The position numbers and the translations under genes are program-made. A stretch of DNA of 24,000 nucleotides from an uncultured Thermoanaerobaculia bacterium (GTDB taxonomy: Bacteria; Acidobacteriota; Thermoanaerobaculia; Thermoanaerobaculales; Sulfomarinibacteraceae): NCBI GenBank assembly GCA_964644635.1, contig CAZXXL010000020.1, positions 163-24,162 of the forward strand, given 5' to 3'. Of the stretch, positions 7,978-16,176 are shown in pieces; the first letter of the stretch is position 1; the number at the start of each line of letters is the position of its first letter. The notes under the pieces were generated by a model. The model had not been told where the DNA came from, searched no databases, and saw nothing but the letters and a program-made list of their open reading frames with translations.

Positions 7978-9246
7978 ATGGAGGCGTTGGGCCAGCACAT
8001 CTCTCCCGAGCTGGTGGGGTTCGTGCTCACCCTGGCCCTGTCCTTCCTGATCGGCTTCGAACGCGAGGAGTTGCGCTCGGACCGGCCGGTGGCCTTCTTC
8101 GGGGGTGTCCGGACCTTTCCCCTCATCGCCCTCTCCGGGTTCCTGCTGGTGACGGGTTTCCCGAAGAACCCCCTGCCGTTCGCGGCCGGTCTCGTGGTGC
8201 TCGGCGGGCTCCTCGTCGTCTCTCACTCGGCCACCCTGGGGACCCTGAAGACGGGGATCACCACCGAGGTGGCCGCCCTGCTCACCTACGCCCTCGGCGC
8301 CGCGGTGGCGTTCGGGATGTACTGGGTCAGCATCGCCACCGCCATCGTCGCCGTCCTCATCCTGCACGAGAAGCAGCGCCTCGAGAGCCTGGTCCAGACC
8401 ATCCCCAGGAACGAGCTGGGCACGCTCCTGCGCTTCCTCGTGCTCACCGGCGTCATCCTGCCGGCGGTGCCCAACCAGGCGTTCACCCCGTTTCAGATCA
8501 ACCCGTTCAAGATCTGGCTCGTGGTGGTGGCCGTGAGCACCATCTCGTACCTCTCCTACCTGCTCCGGCTGCGCTGGGGCCCGGGGGGTGGTCTCGTCTT
8601 CGTCGGGCTGCTGGGGGGTGCCTACTCGTCGACGGCGACCACGGTGGCCCTCGCCCGCCAGTCCAAGACCAACACGGGGCGCCCGGTGCGCCACGCGGGC
8701 GCCATCCTGGCCGCCACCGGCGTCATGTACCTCCGGTTGCTGGTGCTGCTGGCGCTGTTCGCTCCCGCCCTGGCGAGACCGCTGGTCGGACTCTTCCTCG
8801 GCCTCGGGGCCGCCGGCATCCTGGTCGGCTGGCTCCTCGCCTCGAGCGGCCCGGCGGCGGGGGGCGAGCCCGAGGAGGGCGCCCAGCGGCAGAACGGCAA
8901 CCCCCTCGAGCTGACGGCCGCCTTCACCTTCGCGCTGCTCTTCCTCCTCGTGCTGGTGGTCACCCGCCTCGTCTCCCAGTACTTCGGCAACACCGGGGTG
9001 CTCCTCCTGGCGGGGGTCATGGGAACCACCGACGTCGACCCCTTCATCCTCGGCCTTACCCAGTCGGCGGGCCACGGCGTGGTGCTCGCGACAGCGGCCC
9101 TCGCGGTGGTCATCGCCTCGGCCTCGAACAACGTGATGAAGGGGATCTACGCCCTCGTGTTCGGCAACCGGGCCGCCGGCCGTGCCGCACTCGGCCTGCT
9201 GGCGCTGTGGGCGGTCGCCAGCGTGGTCCTCTTCCTGGTTTTCTGA
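7978..9246 (+). CDS. MgtC/SapB-family membrane protein with DUF4010-type C-terminal extension
   Basis: I start it at the internal ATG 7978 of the 676-aa track ORF, because the upstream part is Arg/Gly-rich shadow sequence. It reads MEALGQHISPELVGFVLTLALSFLIGFEREE...GGVRTFPLIALSG (MgtC block), followed by about 10 hydrophobic helices. Confidence 0.8.
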   Translation: MEALGQHISPELVGFVLTLALSFLIGFEREELRSDRPVAFFGGVRTFPLIALSGFLLVTGFPKNPLPFAAGLVVLGGLLVVSHSATLGTLKTGITTEVAALLTYALGAAVAFGMYWVSIATAIVAVLILHEKQRLESLVQTIPRNELGTLLRFLVLTGVILPAVPNQAFTPFQINPFKIWLVVVAVSTISYLSYLLRLRWGPGGGLVFVGLLGGAYSSTATTVALARQSKTNTGRPVRHAGAILAATGVMYLRLLVLLALFAPALARPLVGLFLGLGAAGILVGWLLASSGPAAGGEPEEGAQRQNGNPLELTAAFTFALLFLLVLVVTRLVSQYFGNTGVLLLAGVMGTTDVDPFILGLTQSAGHGVVLATAALAVVIASASNNVMKGIYALVFGNRAAGRAALGLLALWAVASVVLFLVF

Positions 9247-9248
9247 GC

Positions 9249-9494
9249 TTACTCCAGGCCCAGCTCGGCGAAGGTCGACGAGCCGCCGAGGAAGCCGATG
9301 GAAACCCGCTCGCGGTCCACCACCACCGGCAGCCGGTGCTCCCAGCAGTGGACCCGTAGCTCGGTCATCCGCTCCGGCTCCCGGCTCAGGTTGATCTCCA
9401 GGAAGCGAACCCCGCGGCGGCGCAGGTCCTCGCACAGCGCCCGGCTGTGGGGACAACCGTCGGCGGTGAAGACAATGATGCGGTACAGGGTCAC
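9249..9494 (-). CDS. glutaredoxin/NrdH-like thioredoxin-fold protein with a monothiol CPHS active-site motif
   Basis: GTG start at 9494 overlaps the era stop as GTGA. The product is VTLYRIIVFTADGCPHSRALCEDLRRRGVRFLEINL...LPVVVD..., a beta-alpha-beta Grx pattern. The track's longer N-terminus is Arg-rich shadow sequence. Confidence 0.68.
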   Translation of the reverse strand: MTLYRIIVFTADGCPHSRALCEDLRRRGVRFLEINLSREPERMTELRVHCWEHRLPVVVDRERVSIGFLGGSSTFAELGLE

Positions 9495-10453
9495 GCCCCG
9501 CCCCCCCGAGGATCGTCCCCGCCTCCCAGGATGGCGTCGAGGTCGCCGTCGATGACGGCGGTTCCCGGCTCCATCCGGGCGAGAATCCGGGGATCCTCGC
9601 GCCACCTCGGGTGCACTTTCACGCGCAGGCCGAGGAAGACCTTGACGCCGAAGCGTGCCTCGAGCTCCAGCCGCGCCGCCTTGCCGATCCTGCCGATCAT
9701 GCGCCCGCCCCTGCCGATGACGATCCCCTTCTGGCTCTCGCGCTCGACGTAGATGATCGCCTGGATGCGGAGCAGCGACTCGCTCTCCTCGATCTCCTCC
9801 ACGATCACGCCGGTGGTGTAGGGCAGCTCGTGCCGGGTCATCGCCAGCAGCTTCTCGCGGATGATCTCGGCGATGTAGAAGCGCTCGGACTGGGTCGTCG
9901 TGACGTCCGGCGGGTAGAAGAGCGGCCCCTCCGGAAGCAACTCGAAGATGGCGTCGCGCACCTCGTCCAGCCCCTCCCCGGTGAACGACGAGATGGGGAT
10001 GATCCGCGCCTCCGGCCGATGCTCCCGGTAGCGGTCCATGAGGGGCAGCAGCAGGCTCTTGGGCTTGACCAGGTCGATCTTGGTCAGGAGGCCGACCACC
10101 GGTGCGCGGACCGGGGCCAGGAGCTCGAAGAGGTACTCCTCGCCGCCGCCCCAGGGCTGGGAGGCGTCCACCAGGTGAAGAACGACATCGACCTCGTTCA
10201 GTGACGAACGCACCTCCTGCATCATCTTCGCGTTCATCTTGTGGAGCGGCCGGTGCACGCCCGGGAGGTCGAAGAACACCGCCTGGCCCCGCTCCTCGGT
10301 GAGGATGCCCACGATCCGGTTGCGGGTGGTCTGAGGCTTGTCGGAGACGATGGCCACCTTGTCGCCCAGGAGGGCGTTGAGCAGCGTGCTCTTGCCGGCG
10401 TTGGGACGCCCGGCCAGGGACACGAACCCGGAGCGCGTTGGCTCAGCCGCCAT
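9491..10453 (-). CDS. era: GTPase Era
   Basis: MAAEPTRSGFVSLAGRPNAGKSTLLN (G1), DLPG (G3), TKID (G4) and a KH domain (GIVIGRGGRMIGRIG). I start it at ATG 10453, not at the track's 10870. It has a C-terminal extension of about 25 aa beyond the usual end. Confidence 0.95.
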   Translation of the reverse strand: MAAEPTRSGFVSLAGRPNAGKSTLLNALLGDKVAIVSDKPQTTRNRIVGILTEERGQAVFFDLPGVHRPLHKMNAKMMQEVRSSLNEVDVVLHLVDASQPWGGGEEYLFELLAPVRAPVVGLLTKIDLVKPKSLLLPLMDRYREHRPEARIIPISSFTGEGLDEVRDAIFELLPEGPLFYPPDVTTTQSERFYIAEIIREKLLAMTRHELPYTTGVIVEEIEESESLLRIQAIIYVERESQKGIVIGRGGRMIGRIGKAARLELEARFGVKVFLGLRVKVHPRWREDPRILARMEPGTAVIDGDLDAILGGGDDPRGGGA

Positions 10454-11708
10454 CGCCGGGCTCCCCTCCCTGCAGGCGGCGGACCACGACGGTCCGGATC
10501 CGCCGCTCGTCCACCTCCTCCACCGTGAACTCCAGGCCGAGACCCTCGTCCACCACCACGATCCCCTTTTCGGGTACAGTCCCGTGGCGCGAGAAGACGA
10601 GCCCGCCGACGGTGTCGACCTCGTCCTCGTCCACCTCCACGCCGAAGAGCTCGCCGAGGACCTCCAGCGGCGCGCGCCCCAGCAGGCGGTACCTGCCCGG
10701 CTCGATCTCCTGCCACTCGGGCGGCTGCCTGGGCTCGTGCTCGTCCTGGATCTCACCGACGATCTCCTCCAGGATGTCCTCCAGCGTGACGATGCCGGCC
10801 GTCCCGCCGTACTCGTCCGCCACCACCGCCATCTGCTGCTGCCGGCTCTGGAACTCCCGCAACAGCTCACCGATGTTCTTGCTCTCCGGGACCACGGGAC
10901 ATTCCAGGAGGAGCTCGGTCACCGCGGGCTCGTCGCCTCCCACCAGGTGCTCCACGATGCCCTTGACGTGGACGAGGCCCACGATGTGGTCCACCGTGTC
11001 CCGGTACACCGGGATCCGGCTCTTGTGGCTCTCGGCGAAGACCTTGACCAGCTCGGCGAAGCCGATGTCCTCGGGAACGGCGACGATCTCCGTGCGCGGG
11101 GTCATGATCTCGCGCACGGTGGTATCGAAGAAGTCCACCAGGGACTCCACGAACTCGCCCTCCTCGCCCTCGAAGATGCCGGCCGCCTCGCCGACATCCA
11201 GGAAGGCCTGGATCTCCCGCTCGCTTGCCTCTTCCTCCTCTTCGCTCGGCGGTGTCGCCGCGCCGCGCCGGTGGCGGGCGAACGTCGACAGCAGGGGGAT
11301 CACCGCCGGACGCACGAGCCTGAGGAGTGTGGCCACGGATTCCTCCCTGACCCGCGGCACCGCCATGCCCGAGACGGCGACGACGACGAGCCACGCGGCC
11401 AGCCCGACGCCGAGGGCGCGGACCGGGGACCCGCCGGGGAACCACGCCGCCACGAGCCACAGGAGCCAGATGACCACGACCTCGAGCCAGCGCACCGCGT
11501 CCACGATCCTCGACAGCGCGAACGGGGCGTCGCCGGCGATCGGCAGCAGGTCCCGGTGATCGTCCAGGAGCCCCTGGAAGCGTACGTTTCCCATCTCCGC
11601 CAGGCGGCGCAGGAGGATCTCCAGGACGGCGAGTGACACCACCAGGAACGCCCCGACCAGGCTCAGGGTCACCGGGTGGCGGAGCCAGCTTTCGATCTCC
11701 GGCCTCAT
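10443..11708 (-). CDS. CNNM/HlyC-CorC family transporter-associated protein (DUF21 TM domain + CBS pair + CorC_HlyC)
   Basis: N-terminal TM helices. CBS-pair blocks (IMTPRTEIVAVPED, RIPVYRDTVDHIVGLVHVKG). EYGGTAGIVTLEDILEEIVGEIQDEHE and a C-terminal CorC_HlyC-like domain. ATGA overlap with ybeY and an 11-nt overlap with era. Confidence 0.9.
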   Translation of the reverse strand: MRPEIESWLRHPVTLSLVGAFLVVSLAVLEILLRRLAEMGNVRFQGLLDDHRDLLPIAGDAPFALSRIVDAVRWLEVVVIWLLWLVAAWFPGGSPVRALGVGLAAWLVVVAVSGMAVPRVREESVATLLRLVRPAVIPLLSTFARHRRGAATPPSEEEEEASEREIQAFLDVGEAAGIFEGEEGEFVESLVDFFDTTVREIMTPRTEIVAVPEDIGFAELVKVFAESHKSRIPVYRDTVDHIVGLVHVKGIVEHLVGGDEPAVTELLLECPVVPESKNIGELLREFQSRQQQMAVVADEYGGTAGIVTLEDILEEIVGEIQDEHEPRQPPEWQEIEPGRYRLLGRAPLEVLGELFGVEVDEDEVDTVGGLVFSRHGTVPEKGIVVVDEGLGLEFTVEEVDERRIRTVVVRRLQGGEPGDGG

Positions 11709-12130
11709 GGCAGGAGGTCCTTTCGCAGCTCGAGCTCCAGCCGGTTCATCTCGCCGTCGTCCGTCTCGTGGTCGTAGCCGAGCAGGTGGAGCACGCCGTG
11801 CAACGCCAGCTCCTCGAGCTCCCGCAGCAGCGGGTGCTCCATCTCGACGGCCTGGGCCCTCGCCTCGTCGAGGGAGATGACGATCTCGCCGAGGAGGCGC
11901 CGCCCGTCCGGGAGCTCGTCGCCGTCCGGGAAGGAGAGCACGTCGGTCGGCCGGTCGACGTCCCGGTAGACCCGGTTGAGCTCACGGATGCGGTCCCTCC
12001 CGGTCAGCACCAGCGACACGTCGGCCGTGGACTCCCCCATCCTGTCCAGCGCCCGGACCACGACGCGCCGGAGCGCGTCAGCCACCGGCGGGCCCGGTCT
12101 GCGTTCCCAGGTGATGTGCACCCGATTCAC
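11705..12130 (-). CDS. ybeY: rRNA maturation endoribonuclease YbeY
   Basis: 141 aa with the zinc motif HGVLHLLGYDHETD and the PTDVLSFP block. The start is uncertain: ATG 12130 overlaps the upstream gene by 53 nt, and GTG 12121 is an alternative. Confidence 0.9.
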   Translation of the reverse strand: MNRVHITWERRPGPPVADALRRVVVRALDRMGESTADVSLVLTGRDRIRELNRVYRDVDRPTDVLSFPDGDELPDGRRLLGEIVISLDEARAQAVEMEHPLLRELEELALHGVLHLLGYDHETDDGEMNRLELELRKDLLP

Positions 12131-14414
12131 TCGCCTTGCGCCTCCTGTTGAAGTCGAAGCCGGGGTAGTCGATCCGGCTGTGGAACATGTTCGTCAGCAC
12201 CCACAGGAAGGACGACCCGACCTTCTCCAGCTCCTTGAAGGTGAGCTCCGATTGGTCGAGCTGGCCGTCCTCGAGGGCGTCGGTCACGATGCGCTCGATC
12301 ATGGCCCGGATCTTCCCCGGGGTGGGGTTCTCGATGGTTCGGGCCGCCGCCTCGACGGCGTCGGCGAGCAGGAGGATTCCCAGCTCCTTGGTGTGTGGCT
12401 TGGGACCCGGGTAGCGGTAGTCGCTCTCGCGGACCTCGTCCGGGTTGCGGCCCTCGGCCTCGGCCCTCTCCCGCGCCCGCGTGTAGAAGTACCGGATGAG
12501 CTTGGTGCCGTGGTGGGTGGCGATGGCCTGCCGGATGGGGAGGGGCAGGCGTTCCTTGCGCGCGATCTCCAGGCCCTCCTTGACGTGGCTCATGATGACC
12601 AGGGCGGACATGGAGGGCGCCAGGTGATCGTGCGGGTTGCCGCCGTGCTGGTTCTCCACGAAGTACTCGGGCTTCACCAGCTTGCCGACGTCGTGGTAGT
12701 AGGCCGAGACCCTGAGCAGCAGGCCGTTGGCCCCCACCGCGTCGGCGCCGGCCTCGGCCAGGTTGCCGACGGCCAGGGAGTGCTGGTAGGTGCCGGGCGC
12801 CTCCAGGGAGAGGCGCTTGAGCAGCGGCAGGTTCTGGTTCGAGAGCTCGAGCAGGCGGATGTCGGTCGTGACGCCGAAGAGCCGCTCGAAAAGCGGCAGG
12901 AAGAACGTGGCCACTCCCGCGGCCACCGGCCCGCCGGCGAAGGCGAAGGCGGTGCCGAGGACCATGGGGCCGGGACCGTCCGGGAGCCCGCGGTAGAGCT
13001 CGAGAACGAGCATGCCCGCGGCGTTGGCCGCGCCCACCATCACGCCCACGCGCGTGAGCACCGCCCGGTCCTTGAAGTGCTGGGCGGCGAACACCCCGAC
13101 GAATCCGGAGAGCAGGGCGTAAAGCCCCACCGTCAGGTCACCGCCCAGCATGAGCGCCGCCAGGATGGCCTCCGAGACCGCGAACAGCAGGGCCGGGTGG
13201 AAGCCGAGCATGAGCAGCATGACGATCGGCCCGGCGGCGTGGGGCAGGGCCCACAGGTAGCTCCCGGGCGACGACAGGAGCGAGCTCTGGCTGTTCAGCG
13301 CCACGGCGTCGGCGAGGAACACGGCCAGCCGGTCGAGCACGGTGAACACCACGGTCAGCATGAGAACCGTGGACAACTGGTACCTGCGCTCCCCGACGGC
13401 GCCGAGTCGGGCCAGCGCCTTCCACCACCCGAGGACGATCATCACGATCAGCAGGAGCGTGCCGGTGAGGGTCGTGTAGTTGACGACCCGCCGCCGGGCG
13501 CGGTTCATCTCGTGGAGAACGGCCGCCACCGCCGGAGTCACCGTGTCACCGCGGCGGATCAGGACCTGCCCGCGCTTGAAGGTCTGGAGCCTCGGGGTCA
13601 CCCTCTTGGCGGCGGCCACCCTGCGGGCGGCCGTCTCGGCGCGGTTGAAGACGAGGTCCGGCGTGATGTTCTTGACCAGGAAGCGGACCGTCGGCTTGAT
13701 CCACCGTCTCTTGACCGCGTCATGCTCCAGGAGCCGGGTCCGGATCGCCGGCTCGAGGTCCGACCGCAGGTCGATGACGTGGGCGAGGTCCTCCAGGCTC
13801 CTGCGGGTCTCGGCGCCGGTGGCCAGGCTGCGGACGGTCACGCCGGCGGTACCCCTCCTCTCGAGGTTGATGCGGTCGTCCACGACGTGGTCCGCGTACA
13901 CCTGGGTGACGACGTCCACCAGCGCCTGCTCGAGATCCGCTCCGCACTGGGCCGAGCGCAGGACCCGGACCATCGCGGCGTCCAGGCTCAGGTCCGAGCC
14001 GGCGGTCATGGTCTCGAGATTGAGCCTGCCGTGCGCCAGCTCGTCCCGGCAGACGGCGAACAGCGCCCGCAGCTGGTCGATGGTCTCCTGCCGGACCCGC
14101 GGCTCCTCGTCGTACACGGGCAGAACGGCGGCTGCGGCCTCGCGGCGCAGCTTCTCCGTCGCCGCTGGGTCCGGGATCGCCTGATCCTTGCGGACGATCA
14201 CGTCGAAGGTGGCGACGTCGCCGGGCTTCCAGTCCGGCAGCCGCCGCCCGACCCGGGGGACGACCAGCCACGTGCAGAGCAGGACGGCGATCACCGACCA
14301 CGCCAGCGGGTACTCGAGCACCCGGTCCCACCAGCCCGCACGCTCCTCCAGGCCGCGCTGGATCCGCCCGACGGGATGCTGCTCCTGCTTAGCCTTCCGG
14401 CTCTTTCGCATCAT
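12078..14414 (-). CDS. 7TM-receptor HD/HDIG-domain phosphohydrolase (PgpH/YqfF-like)
   Basis: 778 aa with an N-terminal signal-anchor and extracytoplasmic domain, then a 7-TM block. The C-terminal HD domain has YYHDVGK and ATHHGT motifs. Its position between phoH and ybeY matches the classical operon. Confidence 0.9.
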   Translation of the reverse strand: MMRKSRKAKQEQHPVGRIQRGLEERAGWWDRVLEYPLAWSVIAVLLCTWLVVPRVGRRLPDWKPGDVATFDVIVRKDQAIPDPAATEKLRREAAAAVLPVYDEEPRVRQETIDQLRALFAVCRDELAHGRLNLETMTAGSDLSLDAAMVRVLRSAQCGADLEQALVDVVTQVYADHVVDDRINLERRGTAGVTVRSLATGAETRRSLEDLAHVIDLRSDLEPAIRTRLLEHDAVKRRWIKPTVRFLVKNITPDLVFNRAETAARRVAAAKRVTPRLQTFKRGQVLIRRGDTVTPAVAAVLHEMNRARRRVVNYTTLTGTLLLIVMIVLGWWKALARLGAVGERRYQLSTVLMLTVVFTVLDRLAVFLADAVALNSQSSLLSSPGSYLWALPHAAGPIVMLLMLGFHPALLFAVSEAILAALMLGGDLTVGLYALLSGFVGVFAAQHFKDRAVLTRVGVMVGAANAAGMLVLELYRGLPDGPGPMVLGTAFAFAGGPVAAGVATFFLPLFERLFGVTTDIRLLELSNQNLPLLKRLSLEAPGTYQHSLAVGNLAEAGADAVGANGLLLRVSAYYHDVGKLVKPEYFVENQHGGNPHDHLAPSMSALVIMSHVKEGLEIARKERLPLPIRQAIATHHGTKLIRYFYTRARERAEAEGRNPDEVRESDYRYPGPKPHTKELGILLLADAVEAAARTIENPTPGKIRAMIERIVTDALEDGQLDQSELTFKELEKVGSSFLWVLTNMFHSRIDYPGFDFNRRRKASESGAHHLGTQTGPAGG

Positions 14415-15372
14415 CTCCCGCCGCGGCCTGGCGGGCCTCCCATCGCTCGTAGCGGTCGACGATCCGTTGCACCAGGCGGTGGCGGACGACGTCCTTGCGC
14501 GTGAACTCGATGAAGCCGATGCCCTCCACGCCCCGCAGGATGTTGATGGCCTCCACCAGCCCGGAGGTGCGGCCGCCCTCCAGGTCGATCTGGGTGATGT
14601 CGCCCGTGATCACCGTCTTGGAATGAAAGCCCATGCGGGTGAGGAACATCATCATCTGCTCGTGGGTCGTGTTCTGGGCCTCGTCGAGGATGATGAAGGC
14701 GTCGTTGAGCGTTCTCCCCCGCATGAACGCCAGCGGCGCGACCTCGATCACCTCCCGTTCCATCAGCTGCGACACCCGGTCGTAGCCGAGGATGTCGTAC
14801 AGGGCGTCGTAAATCGGCCTCAGGTAGGGGTTGATCTTCTCCTCGAGGTCGCCCGGGAGGAAGCCGAGACGCTCCCCGGCCTCAACCGCCGGCCGGGTGA
14901 GGACGATCCGCCGGACCTTCCTGTCGAGCAGGAACGCGGCGGCCATCGCCACCGCCAGGAAGGTCTTGCCGGTGCCCGCGGGACCGGTCGTGAACACGTA
15001 ATCGTGCTGCATCACGGCCCGGATGAAGAGCCGCTGGTTGAGGTTTCTCGGCACCACGTGCCGCTTCAGGCTGTCCGGGATGCTGGTGTCGAGGAAGAAC
15101 TCCACGAGATCGATGTCCAGGTCCTCCTCCAACACCCGGACCCCCGTCCTGAACTCCTCCTTGCCGACCTCGTACCCCGCCGCCAGCAGGCGGTCGAAGG
15201 ATTCGAGCAGGCGCACCGCGATGCGCTCGGCCTCCACCTCGCCCGAGACGACCACCTCGTTGGCCCGCGCGTTGACCTCCACCCGCAGCCTCTGCTCGAG
15301 GTAGCGGAGGTTCTCGTCGCGAACGCCGAAGAGGCGCTCCGGGTGGCGCTGGGAGAGGCTTACTTTCTGCAT
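14389..15372 (-). CDS. phoH: PhoH-family ATPase (YbeZ-like)
   Basis: I start it at ATG 15372 ([16 protein letters not shown]...). Walker A is GPAGTGKT and Walker B is IILDEAQN, with the [22 protein letters not shown] and [10 protein letters not shown] blocks. The track's longer N-terminus is shadow sequence. Confidence 0.9.
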   Translation of the reverse strand: MQKVSLSQRHPERLFGVRDENLRYLEQRLRVEVNARANEVVVSGEVEAERIAVRLLESFDRLLAAGYEVGKEEFRTGVRVLEEDLDIDLVEFFLDTSIPDSLKRHVVPRNLNQRLFIRAVMQHDYVFTTGPAGTGKTFLAVAMAAAFLLDRKVRRIVLTRPAVEAGERLGFLPGDLEEKINPYLRPIYDALYDILGYDRVSQLMEREVIEVAPLAFMRGRTLNDAFIILDEAQNTTHEQMMMFLTRMGFHSKTVITGDITQIDLEGGRTSGLVEAINILRGVEGIGFIEFTRKDVVRHRLVQRIVDRYERWEARQAAAGDDAKEPEG

Positions 15373-15553
15373 CGCTGGTACGTAATGTCCACCGCCACCG
15401 GTCGGCCGGTCTCGTGACGCCCGCCGCCCCTGGCGGGCCCGTGTCCGGAGTGGGCCGGCATACTCACGGCACGAGGGTGGTTCTCGCCCGGCGGGCGCGG
15501 CCCGCCGGCGAGCCGCCGATCGTGGCGGGCGGAAGGAACGCGGACATGGGGTC

Positions 15554-15562
15554 ATTGTACCA
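15554..15562 (-). promoter_or_regulatory. candidate extended -10 promoter (TGgTACAAT) for the phoH-ybeY-era operon
   Basis: The minus strand reads cTGgTACAAT, 11-19 nt downstream of the pduO-type gene stop. This would give a GC-rich leader of about 175 nt before phoH ATG 15372. Confidence 0.35.
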
Positions 15563-15572
15563 GCCCACGGCG

Positions 15573-16136
15573 TCAGCCCCCCTCCTTCCCTGTTCCGGGC
15601 CAGGTCGTCTCCGCCATGCCGAGGCGCCGATTGAGGAGGCGGGCGAGCACGAAGAGCGCATCGGACAGGCGGTTGAGGTACCGCACGGCCTCGTCCACGC
15701 CCGGTTCCCCGGGTCCGACGGCCACCACCCGGCGCTCCGCCCGCCGGCACACGGTGCGGGCCAGGTGGGCGAGGGCGGCGGCCCGACAGCCGCCGGGGAG
15801 CACGAAGGATTTGAGCGCCGGCAGCTCACCGTCCATCTCGTCGATCCACGCTTCCAGCCGGGTGACATCGACGGCGGGAGCTCCCGCCGCCCTTCCCTCG
15901 GCGTCGGCGAGGCGGCCGCCGATCTCGAAGAGGGCTCGCTGCACGGACGCCAGGCGCTCGGGCACACCCTCCGGCAGGGGTTCGGTCGAAAGCAGCCCGA
16001 GCCACGAGCTCAGCTCGTCCACGGTGCCGTAGGCCTCGATCCTCGGGTCGGTCTTGGACACCCGGCCGCCCGAAAACAGAGAGGTCTCACCGCCGTCCCC
16101 ACTTCGCGTGTAGATCTTCACCCGGTCATGATACAT
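15573..16136 (-). CDS. PduO-type ATP:cob(I)alamin adenosyltransferase
   Basis: [14 protein letters not shown] near the N-terminus, [19 protein letters not shown] and [10 protein letters not shown] blocks typical of the PduO/MMAB family. The start may be GTG 16121 (VKIYT) rather than ATG 16136. Confidence 0.85.
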   Translation of the reverse strand: MYHDRVKIYTRSGDGGETSLFSGGRVSKTDPRIEAYGTVDELSSWLGLLSTEPLPEGVPERLASVQRALFEIGGRLADAEGRAAGAPAVDVTRLEAWIDEMDGELPALKSFVLPGGCRAAALAHLARTVCRRAERRVVAVGPGEPGVDEAVRYLNRLSDALFVLARLLNRRLGMAETTWPGTGKEGG

Positions 16137-16176
16137 GCACCGTGACAGCCGGCGGCGCTCGGGCTACCCTGGGGGC

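Noticed and set aside
15373-15572. A cobalamin riboswitch or other known RNA in the 200-nt gap next to the corrinoid adenosyltransferase gene.
   Set aside because: The gap is downstream of the pduO-type gene, not upstream. I could not find a B12-box-like core or other riboswitch signature by eye, and there are no tRNA-like T-arm or anticodon features.
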